From: a bacterium
Lineage (GTDB): Bacteria > UBA8248
NCBI GenBank assembly: GCA_965200245.1
Contig: CBDATS010000005.1
Location: forward strand, 1-64,000
Direction of reading: 5' to 3'
Length of the DNA: 64,000 nucleotides
A program made the translations under genes and the position numbers. The notes beneath the pieces are model-generated. The model did no database searches. It was not told the origin of the DNA and saw only the letters and a list, made by a program, of their open reading frames with translations. Below, piece by piece: positions 1-10,717 of this stretch; position 1 is the stretch's first letter; every line of letters begins with the position of its first letter.

Positions 1-156
1 TGCGCCGTGCGTGTCCGAAAAACCAGGAAACGGCGGGGATAAGTGCAAATCCGTCAGGGATGAAAACTTCAATTATCCTCAAATTATACTTTAAATAACA
101 TTTGTAACTATCTATAAAATAAACCTCTGAACTATCCTGAAATATATTTCTCTGGC

Positions 157-552
157 TCAAACGGAAGTTTGGCCGAACCTGTGTTCCCTTTTCCATCCCA
201 GACCCCGATAGAGAAACAGGGCCATGACGACAGGGTCGATAAGCAGCCATAATGTGGGATTCTGGAGTCCACTAGATGACACCTTCGCCAGGGTGTTGTA
301 TGCATAGAGATGCGCCGTGATTCCGAAAACGCATATCATCAACTGGTATGTCTCGCTTTTCCCGGATGAATATATGGCGCGAAAACCCTCGGCAAGGACG
401 ATCGCAAACCCCGCCATAACCAGAACGTCTATGTAGATAAACAGCGGCAGAGCAACAGCGGGATTCGTTGCGAAGAACAGATTGTTCGCCGTCAGCAGCA
501 CTGCCGTGAGAATCAGGAAATTCCCGAACCATCCGTATAGATTCTGCATCAT
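157..552 (-). CDS. hypothetical membrane protein (about 4 TM helices)
   Basis: ORF 157..645; likely start ATG 552 after GGAG; hydrophobic segments; downstream of the EamA genes. Confidence 0.6.
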   Translation of the reverse strand: MMQNLYGWFGNFLILTAVLLTANNLFFATNPAVALPLFIYIDVLVMAGFAIVLAEGFRAIYSSGKSETYQLMICVFGITAHLYAYNTLAKVSSSGLQNPTLWLLIDPVVMALFLYRGLGWKREHRFGQTSV

Positions 553-667
553 TTTTCTCCAAAACGGCGGGTGGAAAGAACAGGTTCCGAAAACCGGGAG
601 ATTCTTCACCAGAAATGTCATCCAGGCGCTGGTTTTCCCCTGCAATTCGGGGGATCGGTGCTATCCC

Positions 668-1573
668 TCACCGAAAACTCGTGATCAGGAATCCGCCCAG
701 TACCACCAGACCTGCGGCACCGAAAAGGCGAGAGTTCACACGTTCCATATCTCTCATGAAGACAAGGCTCAGGAGTACCACCCATATCGGGGCGGTGCGG
801 CTCAAGGGCAGGACGACGGTGACGTCCGAGAACGTGAGGGCAAACCACAGGATCCCCGTGGAGGTGGCGGAGAACACCGATCCGATGAGTAGCCACAATA
901 TCCCGTGCCTGTCCGCGTAGACCCTGCCTCCCTTACCCAGGAACGGTTTTGCCGTCAGAAGGAAGAAAAAGGCAGCCAAGAAAGCGAAACCCACGCCCGC
1001 GAAAGGCGTGTTCTGCTCCATAAAACCTATTTTCGCGATGACTGGCATGGCGGCGTACATGAACGAGGCAAATATCGGGAAAATGAGCGCGCGTCGAAAT
1101 TCCGGTCCCATGCCACCTTTTGCGACGTCCTTGCCCTCGCCCATCGAGATGAGCGCCACACCGCCGACGATGGAAAGCGTACCAAGAACGACCGCAACGC
1201 CCGGTTTTTCTCCCAAGAAAAAGGCAGCGAAGAAAACCGCCCAAATCGGTGCGGAAGCCTGTACGGGGCTCGTCCGGCTCGCGCCGATGCGCTGGATCGC
1301 CGTGTAGGAGGCGAGATGCCCCATCCCCGGCCCCAGACAGCCCGCCAACATGAACCACAGGACGGGCTTGAGCGATGAGGTCTGCAGCGTACCCAGGAAA
1401 AACGCCACACCCAAAAGCAGAGAGCTCGCCACGGCGCTGGTGACGAGCACCCCCGTCAAAGGGGAAGCGTTCCTGAGCCCGCGCCTGAAGGAGATGAACG
1501 CCGCCGCGTAGATGAACGATGACAACAGGGCGATGACTTCGCCGGACAGAAATATGGGTGATTGCGCTTTCAT
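668..1573 (-). CDS. EamA/DMT family transporter
   Basis: 301 aa, about 10 TM; motifs GPGMG..., IGASRTSPV, FLGEKPG. Confidence 0.9.
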   Translation of the reverse strand: MKAQSPIFLSGEVIALLSSFIYAAAFISFRRGLRNASPLTGVLVTSAVASSLLLGVAFFLGTLQTSSLKPVLWFMLAGCLGPGMGHLASYTAIQRIGASRTSPVQASAPIWAVFFAAFFLGEKPGVAVVLGTLSIVGGVALISMGEGKDVAKGGMGPEFRRALIFPIFASFMYAAMPVIAKIGFMEQNTPFAGVGFAFLAAFFFLLTAKPFLGKGGRVYADRHGILWLLIGSVFSATSTGILWFALTFSDVTVVLPLSRTAPIWVVLLSLVFMRDMERVNSRLFGAAGLVVLGGFLITSFR

Positions 1574-1622
1574 GCGCGTGACTATACACGCCCCGGGGCA
1601 CTCTGGCGAAACGAGCGGACGA

Positions 1623-2522
1623 TTACTTGAAAGCGGTAATCAGCACGCCGCCGGCCACCACCATGGCCGCCGCGAGTACGATGCGCGAGGTGATGCGCTC
1701 GAGCCCGCCCAGGAAGAGATAGGTCCACAACACGACCCACAGGGGCACGAGCCTGCTCAGCGGAAGTACGGTCGAGACGGGGGCAATGCTCATCGCCGTC
1801 CAGAACATGATGGCCGCGAGCGTGGTGGTGATTCCCGCACCCAGAAACCAGCGGACGGCCCGCGCGTCGGCTTCGAGCTTGCCGCCGTCGGGCTGCAGGG
1901 GACGCGTCACAGCCAGGAGCAAGGTCCCCGCCGTGAACGCGCAGGCGAAACCCACGATGGGAGTTTTCTGGTAGGAGAACGCGACGTTCGCCAACACGGG
2001 CAGCAGTCCGTATGAGAGGGCAGAAACAAGCGGATAGACGAGCGCACCCTGAAAGAAGTTCCTGAAACTCTGGTCCTTGCCCCGTTCCGTAATGGACAGC
2101 AGACACACGCCTATCACGATGAAAAGCGTTCCCGCGGCAACGGCGACGCCGGGCCGTTCGCCCAGAAAAATCATCGCGAAGGTAACTGAGAATATCGGTG
2201 TGGAGGATTGAATCGGCACCGAGCGGCTCACCCCCATCTTCACGATGCCGATGGCGTTCGTGAGCTGTCCCACACCCTGCCCCAGGCATCCGCCGAACAT
2301 GAATATCAAGATGGGCGTAAGCGAGGATTCCTGGAGCGTGCCTCGAGCGGCCGCGATGACGAGCCCCAAAATTGAGACGGTGGTGCTCAAGACAAGCACG
2401 CCTGCTATCGGCGTCGCGCTTCTCATCCCCTGGCGGATGGCGATGAGTGATGTCGAATAGGAAAGAGACGCCCCTATCGCCAGCACTTCCCCCCAGCCTG
2501 CCTGCGCGAAAAGACCCGACAT
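1623..2522 (-). CDS. EamA/DMT family transporter
   Basis: Paralog with GVSRSVPI, FLGERPG, VLPLSR; ATG 2522 with GGAG upstream. Confidence 0.9.
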   Translation of the reverse strand: MSGLFAQAGWGEVLAIGASLSYSTSLIAIRQGMRSATPIAGVLVLSTTVSILGLVIAAARGTLQESSLTPILIFMFGGCLGQGVGQLTNAIGIVKMGVSRSVPIQSSTPIFSVTFAMIFLGERPGVAVAAGTLFIVIGVCLLSITERGKDQSFRNFFQGALVYPLVSALSYGLLPVLANVAFSYQKTPIVGFACAFTAGTLLLAVTRPLQPDGGKLEADARAVRWFLGAGITTTLAAIMFWTAMSIAPVSTVLPLSRLVPLWVVLWTYLFLGGLERITSRIVLAAAMVVAGGVLITAFK

Positions 2523-2569
2523 CAAAGATTCATCACTCCTTTGCGATGCGTCCCGCTGCAGCGAGATCG

Positions 2570-3472
2570 TCAACGGAGCAGGGTGATCATCACACCGCCC
2601 GCCACGACGAGGCACGCCGCGAGCACCGTCTTGGCGGCCACGCGCTCAATTTTTCTCAGAAACAGAAAACCGAGCAGGATCACCCACAAGGGTGTCATCC
2701 GGCTGAGCGGCAAAACGCTGGACACCATGCCCGTCACGAACGCCGTCCACATCAGGAATGCGGCGACAATGTTAAACGGAAGTCCGACGAGCAGGACCTT
2801 TACCGTATGCATGTTGCCCCGGATAACCCCGCCACCCGGCATCATGCGCCTCGCCGCCAGCATCAGCAAAAGCCCTGATCCAAACGCCACCCCGAACCCC
2901 AGATACGGCGCCTTCTGCTCAGCAAGACCAAGCTTGGCGAACACCGGTACTATCGCATAGCACAGGGAAGAAAAAATCGGCAGGAGGTAGTCTGTCCGGC
3001 TGCGATTTTGTGTCGATCCCCCTGCACGTTCCTTCTCCGGCCAGGAAAGCAGGAAAACGCCGCCAACGATTCCAAGCGTCCCCGCAAGCATGTAGACACC
3101 CGGTTGCTCGCCCAGAATGATGATGGCGAACACCACGCCCCAAAACGGCGCGGACGAATGGACCGCTGTGGCACGGCTCACGCCCAGGCGCTCGATGGCC
3201 GAAAAGAAGATGAGGCTCCCCGTGCCGTGGCCGGCCACACCTGTCAGCGCGAACCAGCCGAGCGCCCGCGCATCAGCGGAAAACAGTGTCCCCTCGAAAA
3301 AAGCGGTGGCCAGCCCCACCAGACTCACCAACGAGTTCAGGACAATGATACTCATCAGGGGACTTCCGGTCGTCATCGCCCGGCGCACCGTCAAGAGTGT
3401 AATGGAATAGCTGAACGAGGTTACCAAGGCGAAAAACTCGGGACTTCCCCATGATGATATCGACTCGGCCAT
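2570..3472 (-). CDS. EamA/DMT family transporter
   Basis: Paralog with LGVSRATAV, ILGEQPG, VLPLSR. Confidence 0.9.
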   Translation of the reverse strand: MAESISSWGSPEFFALVTSFSYSITLLTVRRAMTTGSPLMSIIVLNSLVSLVGLATAFFEGTLFSADARALGWFALTGVAGHGTGSLIFFSAIERLGVSRATAVHSSAPFWGVVFAIIILGEQPGVYMLAGTLGIVGGVFLLSWPEKERAGGSTQNRSRTDYLLPIFSSLCYAIVPVFAKLGLAEQKAPYLGFGVAFGSGLLLMLAARRMMPGGGVIRGNMHTVKVLLVGLPFNIVAAFLMWTAFVTGMVSSVLPLSRMTPLWVILLGFLFLRKIERVAAKTVLAACLVVAGGVMITLLR

Positions 3473-3627
3473 GGGCCGGACTATACACCCCGGTTTCTTA
3501 TGAAGCGAGACGCCGGACGACTCCCATCCCGGCAATGTGCAACCGCCTCGCCTGGCCACAGCGTCGCCTTGGGCGTAGAATAGCCTTCACACCCTTGGTT
3601 ATTCATTGCATGCCCAGGAGGCGGAAA

Positions 3628-3939
3628 ATGGCGGACGAAAGAGTGTTCCTGATCGCGTGGCTCAAGCCCAAACCCGGAAAAGAAGACGAAATGGCCGAAC
3701 TCTTGAGCGGTATGTGTACCCCCTCACGCGCCGAGGAAGGATGTATCTTCTACAATCTCTTCCGGGCGACGGACAAGACAGGCGCGTTCCACTTCATCGA
3801 GTGCTGGAAATCACAGGCCGCGCTCGACGCGCACCGGGAAGAACCGCACTACAGGAATTTCCGTGAGAAGCTGCCCGACCTGCTCGCAGAACCTGTGGGC
3901 GTGAAAATCCTGGAAGCCGTAGATTCGACGATGGGATGA
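3628..3939 (+). CDS. antibiotic biosynthesis monooxygenase (ABM/YgiN-like) protein
   Basis: About 103 aa; SRAEEGCIFYNL, ECWKSQAALDAH; AGGAGG RBS. Confidence 0.88.
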   Translation: MADERVFLIAWLKPKPGKEDEMAELLSGMCTPSRAEEGCIFYNLFRATDKTGAFHFIECWKSQAALDAHREEPHYRNFREKLPDLLAEPVGVKILEAVDSTMG

Positions 3940-4048
3940 TGAGAAACGGGTCGAAACAAAGGGACAGACCCCCTGTACTTCTCTATTAAGGACGGGCACG
4001 GAGATTCGACCAAGGACGGGTCAACCCTACAAACCATCACACATTCAC

Positions 4049-4073
4049 AAGGACAAGGTCGCGACCTGTCCTT
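4049..4073. repeat. REP-like palindrome
   Basis: aaggacaaggtcgcgacctgtcctt; related gggacaggtcgcgacc at 15751-15766. Confidence 0.5.
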
Positions 4074-4385
4074 AAAATGGACACCTGGCTCACCGCCTTG
4101 GAGATGCCAGACATATTCAACGGCAAAGTAGTTCCACGAAAAATTCCATAACTTGATTAAGTGTTTTTTTGCTTGCCCAAGACTTACCACTTTCAGTCTA
4201 TAATCAAATCGAGCCCGGACTCATTCCAACACCTGGACAGACATCAGAGGTCGGGCGCATTCGTATGCTATGAAGCTGGCAACACCGTAATCCGAAGCAA
4301 CTAGTCGATGAGCGTTTTCTATTATGATCGCTCAAGATTTCGAGGCAATGATCGCCTCTACCCAAGTCCGACCCTTCAGCGTGCG

Positions 4386-6818
4386 TCAGTAGAGCACCTT
4401 GAGGCCTATGAAAAAAGTTCGCCCGCGGGTGGCCTCCCACTCCAAGACAGGATTGCCGTTGCGGGCTGCGTTCCTCACTGGCTGACGATCGCCGACATTC
4501 AGTATGCCACCCGTCAGCGCAACACCCTTGACCCCAAAGGCGTCGGTCCATTCGGCTATCAGGTCGTGGCTGACCCAGCTCCCGTACCGGGCATAGTCGT
4601 TGTCCACTCCAGATCGAGAGAGGATATGCCAGATTGCGGTCACCTTGCCGCGCCGGATACTGGCGGCAAGATGCAGGCGGTCTCGCGGCCGGGACTGCAC
4701 TTCCGGTTCGCCCCCGACCCAGTAGTCATATTCGAGGTCATGCGACCAGTAGGCCTCCACCCCGAGTTCGCCCAAGGAGGTTTCCTGGGTCATACGGGCG
4801 CGGAAGTCGAGCCCCGAAGCTTCGATCTCGCCGCTGTTGGAATACCCGCCCCTTATCGTGTCGACGATGCCATCCTTCTCCGTGACGGCGACGCCGGGCG
4901 GCAGCGCCCGTCCCGCCATGTGGAAATCGACGATGCGCTGCGTGCTCATCAGGTCCGTCAGGTCCGAGACGCTGAACGCGAACCAGTCGAGACTGAGCGA
5001 CAAAGGGCCCAGATCCACCAGAATACCGGCGCTGAGACGCTGCGACCGATCCGGTTCCAGATCCGGATTCCCGCCATAGGTACGCGTGAGTTGCCGGCAG
5101 TCGTCCTCACTGAAGCAAGCTTCCGGACGGCGCACAAACGGCGTGTAGTGCAGATGTCCCAAAAAAGGAGGGCGGGAACTCTCGCTCCAGGAGGCGCGTA
5201 GCGCGAATTGCGGATTGATGCGGCCCAGACTGGCCACGCCGTAGGAGAAGGTATCCCCCACATCGTCGTGATCGTCCCAGCGGGCGTTGGCCAGAACATC
5301 CCAGCCGTTCCCTACCGGGACCAGAATCTCGCCGAAGGCCGACAGGATATCGCGCTTTCCGGTCGAGGTGCCATCTCCATCCTGAAGGAGAGCTTCGTGC
5401 GAAACGGGCCGGTTGTCGGCGTTACGGTAATCATAGACGTCCCCCCAGTCTTCCCGGTCCGCCTCAAGACCCGCCACCCAGCGGATCCGGCGCCCCTCCC
5501 CCGGCATGGGCGCATGGCCGTCAAGGGACAATCCGGCAGTCTTGCGGGTCGATTTCCATTCCCAGTTCTTGGTCATGGCGGTGTTGTGGATAGCTGCCAG
5601 ATGGTCCGGGTCTTGCGAGAAGGGGTCGTCAAGCCGGTAGCGGTCCAACTCGATCTCGCCCACGATTTCATCGCCAATATGAGGGCCGTCCACGCTGTCG
5701 AAACCGTAGTCGTGATAACCGATATAGGCACGAAACACAGGCCCGCCACCAAGGCGACCCTGCAGGGCAAGAAAGAATTCATTCTCCACGGTGTCGTATT
5801 TCTGATCAAAATTGCCGTGGCCGACGAAGCGGTGATCAAAATCCAGTGCGCCATCGAAATTGTCGGGGAAGTCCGGGTATCGCTCCTGTATCTTGTCGAT
5901 AAGCCGGTGCGACGGCATGATGGAAAGACTGTGGTCATACGGCGCGCCTTGAGAGGTGATTTGTTCGCGGGTGCTTCGGACATCGACATGGGCGGTCAGG
6001 TTGCCGCCCAGCGGGACATCGGCATTGGCAAACAACGTTTCGCGCCTGACGCGGTCGCGCTGCCAGTCGATATCGGCCCCGCGGAAGCCGCAGCCCTCAC
6101 CCGCGCGTTCGTACGGCTCGCGGAGCGGGCCAGCATAGCCTTGGGCCGGGCTGCAATCCCCGAGGTATCCGGCCGCGGCACCGGTCCCGGCAGGGTAACA
6201 GAAGGTGTTGCCAGCGACCGAGACACCCTCGGTATCGGCGAACAAACCTCCGGGAGTCCAGCGCGCGCGGCTGTAGTCCCGGTCCGCATCGCGGATCTCC
6301 TGTCGCCGGAAGCCTTCGACGCCGATAGTCACATGGGCTTTTCCTGCACCGCCGCCCCACAACAGGCTGGCGTGCTCGGTGTCGGCGCCCGCCATGGTTG
6401 GACGGCCCGCGTGGACCTGCGCCTCAAGACCCTCCACTCCACGTTTCGTGACGATATTGATCGCGCCGGCGAGGGCAGCCCCGCCATGGACGCCACCGGC
6501 GCCTGCGCCGAGAATCTCGATGCGTTCCACCGCCGAGACGGGAAACAGGTGGAGCCCGTCCACGCCCATCGCGCTGGACATACGCCGCCCATCGACCAGG
6601 GTCGCGGTCCTTCCCCATCCGAAGCCTATGCTTCTGCCGAGGAAGAACGCCGAATGGAGACCGAAGGCATTATACAGCGCCCGGTTGTAGAGAAGTTCCT
6701 TCAGGATGCCGAGTCGCCCCGGGCTCAGCATCAAAAATAGTTGTCCCTGTTGTCCCTGATTCCACAAGGATGCAGGTTTGTTTTGCCCGACACAACCGAC
6801 GGCAACGAGGTGCACCAT
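4386..6818 (-). pseudogene. TonB-dependent receptor, probably 5'-truncated
   Basis: Plug motifs LVDGRR, VERIEIL, AGAINIVTK; barrel GGNPDLEPD; aromatic C-terminus GRTFFIGLKVLY; no signal peptide and composition shifts near 6730. Confidence 0.75.
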
Positions 6819-6860
6819 TATGAAGCGTTCGATCCTAGAGCAAACTACGCACCGAATTGG

Positions 6861-7085
6861 CTAATGGCCTCTCCCTTGCTTTCCATCCTTTGAATCTTCG
6901 ATCCTCCTTCGCACTTTTTCCTGATTCCATGGCCTGTAAAGCAATTGCAAATTCCTTATATTGTCTGACCCGCCATTCATTTTCGGAACAATATGATCAA
7001 CTTCCATCATTTTAACGCCAGAAGAGTTTGCCACACACGGCGCATCAAGCATCTTGGCTGAAAAAGAGTATTTATTTGTTGGCTC
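6861..7085 (-). pseudogene. HNH endonuclease fragment
   Basis: EVDHIVPKMNGGSDNIRNLQLL; a CAVCG Zn motif lies upstream in another frame; the second CxxC is lost. Confidence 0.6.
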
Positions 7086-7149
7086 GTGAGCTATATGGCT
7101 TGAAAATACCGGAGTTCGCGTTCCATTCCATTGGTGACGACCATCACCC

Positions 7150-7288
7150 GCGCCTCGTGCTGATCCAGCCCACGCCGTCAGAGCCGTTGAGCGCCTCACC
7201 CACGGTGCCGGACACGGGCGGATCGCAGGAATGGTCGGCTAGCGCATAGCAAGCGCTCAAGGCCACGCTCAATGATGTCGCTCCTCAT
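7150..7288 (-). pseudogene. N-terminal fragment resembling type I restriction subunit HsdR
   Basis: Manual translation across a frameshift: MRSDIIERGLERLLCA/LADHSCDPPVSGTVGEALNGSDGVGW; resembles HsdR N-termini as recalled, not searched. Confidence 0.45.
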
Positions 7289-7315
7289 TATATCCCCGTG
7301 TCAAGTGCCTATCAA
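7287..7315 (-). promoter_or_regulatory. sigma70-like promoter
   Basis: TTGATA-17 nt-TATAAT on the minus strand. Confidence 0.5.
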
Positions 7316-7346
7316 GTAAAATCAAACTTTATAAGCTACTAAATAT
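7297..7346 (+). repeat. 50-bp direct repeat, copy 1
   Basis: 40/50 identical, ungapped by hand, to 10478-10527; starts cgtgtcaagt. Confidence 0.8.
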
Positions 7347-7511
7347 ATTGATTTTAATTTGATTTGTTCGGCCAAAATGCCTGCGTTGCAATTATCCAGT
7401 CAAGTAAATCCCAGGAAATTATATACCTAACTATATAAACCCAAAGTATCCTCATTGACCCCAAATAAATCGCAATAAGTACTACGGCATTACACACTAA
7501 GGAGATTTGGT

Positions 7512-7646
7512 ATGCCGGAAAACAAGAAAACCCGATCCCCTCAAACTCCCCCGGAACCCAAAGAGACCATTCCTAAGGAAATTCATGTTATAGCAGAAAG
7601 AATGGCACGGGCCATCCTGAAGCCACGAGGGAAACCAATCACCTGA
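7512..7646 (+). CDS. small basic/Pro-rich hypothetical protein (44 aa)
   Basis: AAGGAG RBS; MPENKKTRSPQTPPEPKETIPKEIHVIAERMARAILKPRGKPIT. Confidence 0.45.
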   Translation: MPENKKTRSPQTPPEPKETIPKEIHVIAERMARAILKPRGKPIT

Positions 7647-7711
7647 AAAAATCACCATATTTTTTCCATGCTTCCTAGAGTTTGCGCATAAATATATGTA
7701 GCAGCGCCCAA

Positions 7712-7817
7712 ATTTATCTCAAAGGAGACCGAATCAGATACCTTCAATGAAACGAATCACACATGACCTGCTAGACGATCTGGATGCTCAAAAAAAATCA
7801 CCGAATAGCAAAAACCC
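7712..7817 (+). repeat. about 105-bp inverted repeat, arm 1
   Basis: Shares exact blocks aaaggagaccgaatcagat and ctagacgatctggatgctca with the reverse complement of 9075-9184. Confidence 0.85.
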
Positions 7818-7839
7818 GATTTTATGGAGGACAAATAGG

Positions 7840-8391
7840 GTGAACAAATATCACATCAAACTGACCATCAGAGAAACGGTACTTGTTAAAGAGCTCAATT
7901 TTCATTTTTCCCAAGCTAGTGATAAGGATGCACGCGCGGCCCATAAGACCAACGGCCTGCTTATCCCGACCCTTTTCAGATCCCTATCCGAACGATGCGC
8001 AATACCGAGAAAACGTCTGACCTACTGGAACGATCCCGAGTACAATACGAGTCGGCTCAAAACTTCCCACAAGGGGGCCTTCGAACGGAATGGATGCAAA
8101 GGTCAGCAAATCTATGCCCACCCGCATTTTCTGCCGTATCTTCGCTACTTCCTGTTCGGAGCGGACCTCCCCGAAGCAGCTATCGCGAAGTTCGAGGATA
8201 AGGTCGGGAATCCGGATTGGGTGACTCTCAGAGATGATATTCGCATCGCGAAATACGCGAGGGATATCACCCGACAGCATTGCCTCGACAAATATTTTGC
8301 AGCCGAGGAATTTTTCAAGCTATGTCTGGACATGCGGCTTGGGCTTTTCCTGGCAAAAAGTGTCAGGACCTCGCTGAGGCGAATGAAGTAG
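7840..8391 (+). CDS. hypothetical protein
   Basis: Within ORF 7747..8391; GTG 7840 after GGAGG; protein-like segment YAHPHFLPYLRYFLFGADLP. Confidence 0.6.
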   Translation: MNKYHIKLTIRETVLVKELNFHFSQASDKDARAAHKTNGLLIPTLFRSLSERCAIPRKRLTYWNDPEYNTSRLKTSHKGAFERNGCKGQQIYAHPHFLPYLRYFLFGADLPEAAIAKFEDKVGNPDWVTLRDDIRIAKYARDITRQHCLDKYFAAEEFFKLCLDMRLGLFLAKSVRTSLRRMK

Positions 8392-8613
8392 GCTTGACTC
8401 ACCGAGGAATGATTCGGGCCCATATCAGTTGTGGATCGGGCTTTTCTCTCGACCGATGTGCGGATGAGGTGCCGATGCTCTAAAGTGAACGGGCAAGCAA
8501 GGCCTCGAAAAGCCTGGAATGGGGCGACACAGCAGGCTGGATTCCTCTTACGAGGGCCCATCAATATGTTCACGCCGGACCTTCATTCATCGTCTCTGCC
8601 ATTACCTTGTGGG

Positions 8614-8937
8614 CTACGGTGACGATGTCGTCGAGTTCCTCCTCTCTTCGGGCGTCATGCACTCGCTCTCGGGCCAGGGTGCCGGCACATGGACCACGCG
8701 CCAAGTGGCCTCGATTAGGGCGAGTCGCCCGATCGATATCGTGGCGGAGGAAGCCTCACACAACCGGTCCCAGACGAAGGCGAGCGTATCTTTTCGGACC
8801 AGTTTGCCGACCGGGATTCCGCGTCGGACGGCAGCCCATTCGACTAGACTCCACCCGGAACCGGAAAAACGGATCGAGCGCGGCCGAGCGTTCCGAGTGT
8901 ATTTATCGTGATGTTTAGGTGGCGGAAGTTGATTCAT
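8614..8937 (-). CDS. putative ribbon-helix-helix DNA-binding protein, possibly degenerate
   Basis: AAAGGAG RBS; RPRSIRFSxxxWxLVExAAxRRGIPVGKLVR pattern. Confidence 0.4.
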   Translation of the reverse strand: MNQLPPPKHHDKYTRNARPRSIRFSGSGWSLVEWAAVRRGIPVGKLVRKDTLAFVWDRLCEASSATISIGRLALIEATWRVVHVPAPWPESECMTPEERRNSTTSSP

Positions 8938-8980
8938 TTGTTGATCTCCTTTAATGGGTTGAATGGGCCGGAAATATTCT

Positions 8981-9157
8981 CTATTCCCGATCCATCCATT
9001 CCTCGGCCACATCGAGCAATTCATCCAATGCGATTTCGTGATGCTTTTCGACAAACTCATAGACGGCTTCCTGGGGGTTTCTGCTCTCGGCGATTTCTTT
9101 TTTGTGAGCATCCAGATCGTCTAGAAGGTCATTTGTGATTTGATTCTTTCCGGGCAT
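8981..9157 (-). CDS. small acidic hypothetical protein (58 aa)
   Basis: AAGGAG RBS; MPGKNQITNDLLDDLDAHKKEIAESRNPQEAVYEFVEKHHEIALDELLDVAEEWMDRE. Confidence 0.55.
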   Translation of the reverse strand: MPGKNQITNDLLDDLDAHKKEIAESRNPQEAVYEFVEKHHEIALDELLDVAEEWMDRE

Positions 9158-9184
9158 CTGATTCGGTCTCCTTTTGATATAAAT
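9075..9184 (-). repeat. about 105-bp inverted repeat, arm 2
   Basis: Inverted copy of 7712-7817. Confidence 0.85.
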
Positions 9185-9261
9185 AAGAACGATGTTATGT
9201 GAGTATTTAGTCTCTTGAGATCATTTTCGGGCATATAGTTTCCCTGATAATGGAGAAAACG

Positions 9262-9372
9262 ATGACCCAGCCAAAACCAGCCGCGCCAAAGAAGAAACCT
9301 CTCAAGGCCGATTACAGGAATGCAACACCTGTACAAGTCGCGCAGGCCGTACTGAAATATCGGCCTAAATAG
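9262..9372 (+). CDS. small basic hypothetical protein (36 aa)
   Basis: GGAG RBS; MTQPKPAAPKKKPLKADYRNATPVQVAQAVLKYRPK. Confidence 0.45.
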   Translation: MTQPKPAAPKKKPLKADYRNATPVQVAQAVLKYRPK

Positions 9373-9435
9373 ATTTAGGTGGGTATTCTGGCGGGATGGT
9401 GCTCTCAACCCTGATATATAATTCCCAAATCAAGT

Positions 9436-10338
<903 letters not shown>

Positions 10339-10477
10339 CTACCCCCTCGCGTTACATGCGTTGCCTGTCTGTGTCCCCATCAACCGTCTCGTACTGGCAC
10401 GCCTGTGTAGGTTTGCAGCTCGCTTCGATCAGTATCCAGTGGTCGACAGTGCCGCCCTCGGTGATATCGGCCCTCCT

Positions 10478-10527
10478 CGTGTCAAGTACCCATCAAATAA
10501 AACCAGACATCATAAGTTATTGAATAT
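10478..10527 (+). repeat. 50-bp direct repeat, copy 2
   Basis: 40/50 identical to 7297-7346. Confidence 0.8.
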
Positions 10528-10717
10528 GTTTGCATTTCTTTGTTTTAACAAGAAACACAAACCATAGGTACCAAAGGGTAGCGTAACGCTAGATTCAAGT
10601 CAGCCATTTACCAGATTGACGTTGATTCGTAGATGAAAGAAAACAGAAAAATGACTCCTCTTGCGTAGGCTTCCGGCCTGAATTCGCCATTCAGAGGGCT
10701 GGAGCAGTCGGAGGTTT

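Noticed and set aside
5208-6740. Long antisense ORFs (510 aa here; also 22875-24485, 40913-42217, 42984-44780)
   Set aside because: Shadow ORFs opposite well-supported GC-rich genes, with no motifs
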